From Nitrosopumilus sp. (GTDB lineage: Archaea; Thermoproteota; Nitrososphaeria; Nitrososphaerales; Nitrosopumilaceae), in assembly GCA_965205425.1 (NCBI GenBank), contig CBDBGZ010000009.1:288001-352000 (forward strand): DNA of 64,000 nucleotides, in the 5' to 3' direction. Made by a program: the position numbers and the translations under genes. This document shows positions 59,605-64,000 of this stretch, one piece after another. The number at the start of each line of letters is the position of its first letter. Position 1 is the stretch's first letter. Under the pieces are notes generated by a model. The model was not told where the DNA came from. It did not search any database and saw only the letters and a program-made list of their open reading frames with translations.

Positions 59605-62274
59605 TTGGATAAAAGAGAGATTCTAAAAGAATTTTCAGCAGATCCTGAAAAATACTATAATGTCAAATTATTTCAAGAGCAGGGATTTGTCAGAAAGTCA
59701 TGTACTAAATGTGGCAGATTCTTTTGGACTCTAAACGCTGATAGAAATTTATGTCCAGATGATGGATTAGATACTTATTCATTCATTGGTGAGCCACCAA
59801 CTAGCAAGAGATTTGATTATACACAAGCATGGAAACAAGTCGAAGAATTTTTTGTAAAAAATAACCATACTTCGGTTTCAAGATATCCAGTTGTGTGCAG
59901 ATGGAGAGATGATTTGTTTTTTACAATTGCATCAGTTGTTGATTTTCAGCGAGTGATGGGAAGTAAAGTAGTATTTGAATTTCCTGCAAACCCGTTAGTA
60001 GTTCCACAAACTTGTTTGAGATTCAAAGATTTAGAAAATGTAGGAGTTACTGGCAGACACTTTTCAAGCTTTTGTATGATAGGGCAACACAGTGTTCCAG
60101 ATTTGGAGGGATATTGGAAAGATGAATGTGTTGATTTAGATTTTAGATTATTGACAAATCAATTTGGAATTAAGAAAGAAGAAGTTGTGTTTGTAGAGGA
60201 CGTATGGGCAGGTGGTGGCTCTTTTGGTCCATCCCTAGAATACTTTGTTAGAGGATTAGAATTAGGAAATGCAGTATTTACTGAATTTCAGGGAGAACTA
60301 GGACAACACACTACACTTGATCAGCGAGTAATAGACATGGGTGCAGGATTGGAAAGATTTGCATGGATTACCATGGGAACGCCTACTGCGTATGACTGCT
60401 GTTTTGGTCCAGTTAACGGTAAATTATTTGAGAAGATTGGAATTGATTCAGATTCAGATGTTTTGAAAAAATATTTCACAGAAATTGCAAAAGAGATTGA
60501 TCATTTCGATGATCTAAACGAGGTAAGACGTCTTGCAGTAAAGAATGCAGGAATTACAGATGATCAATTAAACAAAATGATAACACCACTTGAAGGAGTG
60601 TATTTAATTGCAGACCATTTGAGAACTCTAATTTTTGCAATTACCGATGGTGCACTGCCATCAAACGTTGGTGGCGGATACAACCTTAGAATGATGTTGC
60701 GAAGAATTAATGGAACAATCAACAGATTGAATCTAAAATTAGACATTGATGATTTGATTGATACTCATATTGATTATCTCAAAGACACCTATCCTGAGCT
60801 TGATGAGAAAAGAGAAGATGTCAAGGCAATTCTCAAGCTAGAATCAGCAAGATATGAGGATTCCAAAGTACATATGAAGAAAAAGGCTGAAAAGATTCGT
60901 GCGCGAGGAGTACCATCAGTTGATGAACTCATTACTTTGTATGAATCAGATGGAATTACACCTGAATATCTCAAAGAAGTTGATGCAATTTCAGAAATCC
61001 CTTCACAATTTTACTCTAAACTATCGGATTTGCACCAATCTGAAAAGAAAAAGGCAATCACAGAACTTCCACTAGAAGAATTGCCAGAAACTGAAACTCT
61101 ATTTTACAAAGATGACCCAATGGAGTTTGAGGCCAAAGTAATCAAGGTATTTGATGATCAAGTGGTATTAGATAGAACCTCATTTTATGCCAGAGGTGGA
61201 GGGCAAGAACCAGATTTAGGTAGTATCGCAGGATTCAAAGTTGTAAATGTCGATAAACACGCAAACATTATTGTTCACAAGCTAGAAGATGGCACTCCAA
61301 AAGAAGGAGAAACTGTATATTGTAAAGTTGATGAGACTCGTCGTGCAAACATTACAAAAAACCATACCAGTACTCACATTATCAATGCATCATCAAGAGG
61401 AGTGTTAGGTTCATGGATTTGGCAGCATTCTGCATTCAAAGACGATGATCATGCCAGACTAGACATTACACACCATTCATCATTAACTGATGAGCAAGTA
61501 AAGCAGATTGAAGATGCAGCTAATCAAATGGTAAAAGAGGATTATCCAGTAAACATTGATTACTATGATAGAGGAACTGCAGAGCAAAAATATGGTTTTA
61601 GAATTTATCAGGGTGGTGTAGTTCCAGTAAAATCTGTACGTATTGTATCAATTGAGGATAAAGACATTGAAGCATGTGGTGGAACACATGTAGAAAAGAC
61701 TGGAGATATTGAACTAATCAAAATTACAAAAACAAAAAGAATTCAAGATGGAGTAGTTCGCATAGAGTTTGTTTCAGGACCTACAGCTTTTCAATATGTA
61801 AAAGATCAAGAAGAAGAATCAAAGAAACAAGATGTAGATGATATTGCTAAAGAAAAATTAGAGAAACAAAGAGAAGAAAATAAAGATAAAGCAAGAGAGC
61901 AAATTCCTATTTTACTAGAAAAGATTCTAGGTGGAGAATCAGGAGAACTAGATGATATTACAATTAAAAATAAAATCTGCTTTACTGCAAATCCAAATTA
62001 TGATGATTATTTCCATCAAAACTTTGGCAAGAAACTAGTTGCCAAAGATAATACTGCTGCATTTTGTGGAATTTTTGAAGCTGGTCCAACTGTTAGAATT
62101 ATAGTATTTGCAGGGGAGCAATCAGGTGTAAATGCAGGTAAGATAGCCAAGGAAATATCCTCAATTTTAGGAGGATCTGGTGGCGGTGATGCTAAATTTG
62201 CTCAAGGTGGAGGGAAAGACACATCTAAAAAAGACGAGGCAATAACCAAAGCAAAATCAATGATTTTAGGATGA
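59605..62274 (+). CDS. alaS: Alanine--tRNA ligase
   Basis: VGVTGRH, DMGAGLER, HTSTH...CGGTH editing motif, GGSGGG. Confidence 0.97.
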   Translation: MDKREILKEFSADPEKYYNVKLFQEQGFVRKSCTKCGRFFWTLNADRNLCPDDGLDTYSFIGEPPTSKRFDYTQAWKQVEEFFVKNNHTSVSRYPVVCRWRDDLFFTIASVVDFQRVMGSKVVFEFPANPLVVPQTCLRFKDLENVGVTGRHFSSFCMIGQHSVPDLEGYWKDECVDLDFRLLTNQFGIKKEEVVFVEDVWAGGGSFGPSLEYFVRGLELGNAVFTEFQGELGQHTTLDQRVIDMGAGLERFAWITMGTPTAYDCCFGPVNGKLFEKIGIDSDSDVLKKYFTEIAKEIDHFDDLNEVRRLAVKNAGITDDQLNKMITPLEGVYLIADHLRTLIFAITDGALPSNVGGGYNLRMMLRRINGTINRLNLKLDIDDLIDTHIDYLKDTYPELDEKREDVKAILKLESARYEDSKVHMKKKAEKIRARGVPSVDELITLYESDGITPEYLKEVDAISEIPSQFYSKLSDLHQSEKKKAITELPLEELPETETLFYKDDPMEFEAKVIKVFDDQVVLDRTSFYARGGGQEPDLGSIAGFKVVNVDKHANIIVHKLEDGTPKEGETVYCKVDETRRANITKNHTSTHIINASSRGVLGSWIWQHSAFKDDDHARLDITHHSSLTDEQVKQIEDAANQMVKEDYPVNIDYYDRGTAEQKYGFRIYQGGVVPVKSVRIVSIEDKDIEACGGTHVEKTGDIELIKITKTKRIQDGVVRIEFVSGPTAFQYVKDQEEESKKQDVDDIAKEKLEKQREENKDKAREQIPILLEKILGGESGELDDITIKNKICFTANPNYDDYFHQNFGKKLVAKDNTAAFCGIFEAGPTVRIIVFAGEQSGVNAGKIAKEISSILGGSGGGDAKFAQGGGKDTSKKDEAITKAKSMILG

Positions 62275-62278
62275 TATA

Positions 62279-64000
62279 ATGACAATTAACTGGAATGAAA
62301 TAGAAACTAAATGGCGAAACAAGTGGGCAGAATCTAAAGACTTTGAGACAAATCCAAATGAGAAACCAAAAAAGTTTATCACAGTTGCATATCCGTATCC
62401 TAACTCTCCGCAACATATTGGACATGGAAGAACATACACACTAGCTGATGTTCATGCAAGATTTTATCGAATGAATGGATTCAATGTACTATTTCCAATG
62501 GGATTTCATTATACTGGAACTCCAGTACTTGGGATGGCAAAAAGAATTGAAAAAGGAGAAAAAGAAATTCTTGATGGATTAAGAAATGTGTATCATGTTC
62601 CTGAAGAGGCCATCAAGACATTTGTGGAACCAATAAAGATTGCAGACTATTTTCATGAAGAGATAAAGTCTGGAATGATTGAAATGGGATATTCCATTGA
62701 TTGGAGACGAGAATTCACAACTATAGTTCCAGGTTATCAGAAATTTATCGAGTGGCAAATTACTACACTTAAAGAAAATGGTAGAATCATTCAAGGTTCT
62801 CATCCAGTTGGATGGTGTCCAAAGGATCAAAATCCTGTATCACAACATGATACAATGGGAGACGTTGAACCCAAAATTGATGAAAAAAACTTCTTGATTA
62901 AATTCAAGCTTGGTGAATTTATTTTCCCAGTTACAACACTACGACCTGAAACAATTTTTGGAATTACAAATTTGTGGGTCAATCCAAATACAATTTACAA
63001 AAAAGTTACAGTAGATAATGAAACATGGATTATTTCTGAAGAGTGTGCATACAAAATTGAATTCTTTGAAAAACAAGTCAAAGTGATTGGAGAAATTCAA
63101 GGTAGTGAAATTATAGGACAATATGCAATAAATCATGACGGACGAGAGATTCCAGTATTACCTGCTGATTTTGTAGAGCCAGGTATGGGCACAGGTCTTG
63201 TAATGTCAGTACCAGCTCATGCACCAAAAGACTATCAGGCATTGATGGATTTGAAGGCTAAAAATCATGAATTAACCTCAAAAATTGAGCCCATTCCCAT
63301 AATAGTTACAGAAGGATATGGAAAATATCCTGCAAAAGAGATTTGTGAAAAACTAGGAGTCTCTAATCAAACAGATGAGAAATTAGAAGAAGCTACGAAA
63401 GAACTGTATCTCAAAGAGTTTACTGAGGGTAAATTAAATGAAAAATGTAATCAATTCAACAATGAAAAGGTACAGTTTGGACGAGACAAAATTAGAGCAT
63501 GGCTTCAAGAGAATAACACACTAGAGAAATTTCCAGTACTAGAAAATTCACCAGTGCATTGTAGATGTGGAGCAGAATGTGTTGTGAAAATATTGAACAA
63601 TCAATGGTTTTTGAATTACGGCGATGAAGAATGGAAAGAACTTGCACGTAATTGTTTTGATGAGATGAATATTCTTCCAAGTAATATTAGAACAGAGTTC
63701 AAAGAAGTAATAGAATGGTTACACGAGCGAGCTTGTGCAAGACAACAAGGATTAGGTACAAAGTTACCATGGGATAAGGATTGGATTGTAGAGTCACTCT
63801 CAGATTCTGTGATATACATGGCATACTATACCATTTCACGATTTGTAAACGATGGAACAGTTACACCTGAGAATCTAGCTCGAGAATTATTTGATTATAT
63901 TCTATTGGACAAAGGAGATGTAAAACATGCTGCAAGTACATCAAAACTTTCTGAAGATATCATTGAAACAATGAAAAAAGAATTTACTTACTTTTATCCA
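62279..64000 (+). CDS. leuS: Leucine--tRNA ligase (partial, runs off the window end)
   Basis: Manual translation MTINWNEIETKW...AYPYPNSPQHIGH, TTLRPET, GTGLVMSVPAHAP, ESLSDS. Confidence 0.93.
   Translation, partial: MTINWNEIETKWRNKWAESKDFETNPNEKPKKFITVAYPYPNSPQHIGHGRTYTLADVHARFYRMNGFNVLFPMGFHYTGTPVLGMAKRIEKGEKEILDGLRNVYHVPEEAIKTFVEPIKIADYFHEEIKSGMIEMGYSIDWRREFTTIVPGYQKFIEWQITTLKENGRIIQGSHPVGWCPKDQNPVSQHDTMGDVEPKIDEKNFLIKFKLGEFIFPVTTLRPETIFGITNLWVNPNTIYKKVTVDNETWIISEECAYKIEFFEKQVKVIGEIQGSEIIGQYAINHDGREIPVLPADFVEPGMGTGLVMSVPAHAPKDYQALMDLKAKNHELTSKIEPIPIIVTEGYGKYPAKEICEKLGVSNQTDEKLEEATKELYLKEFTEGKLNEKCNQFNNEKVQFGRDKIRAWLQENNTLEKFPVLENSPVHCRCGAECVVKILNNQWFLNYGDEEWKELARNCFDEMNILPSNIRTEFKEVIEWLHERACARQQGLGTKLPWDKDWIVESLSDSVIYMAYYTISRFVNDGTVTPENLARELFDYILLDKGDVKHAASTSKLSEDIIETMKKEFTYFYP

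Overview
AT-rich archaeal chromosome segment. Gene content and protein sequences point to an ammonia-oxidising Nitrosopumilus-like thaumarchaeote (inference). Most of the window is housekeeping: an exosome/prefoldin/SBDS cluster, rpoD-L18e-L13-S9, two isopropylmalate/homoaconitate dehydratase pairs, cofE, 2-oxoacid:ferredoxin oxidoreductase, secY and ribosomal protein blocks, ftsY, sod, pckA, alaS and a partial leuS, plus an intron-containing tRNA-Ser(GGA). Two accessory insertions stand out. (1) A 5664-bp element (6316-11979) is bounded by perfect 74-bp terminal inverted repeats and an 8-bp target-site duplication. It encodes a single SWIM/Zn-finger IS6-like DDE transposase plus cargo: an AbrB-like regulator, two amino-methyltransferases, a nuclease with a FokI-like C-terminus and a stand-alone B3/pseudobarrel-like protein. 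It therefore looks like a unit cargo transposon carrying a restriction-modification-like system. (2) An IS481-like element (15-bp direct repeat) is interrupted by a frameshifted ISH3-like element (23-bp IR, 5-bp DR) next to the tRNA. Also noted: a candidate box C/D sRNA, unannotated microproteins, a structured pckA leader with a probable CTG start, and two repeat-rich proteins. All family assignments come from motif recognition by eye; no database searches were run.
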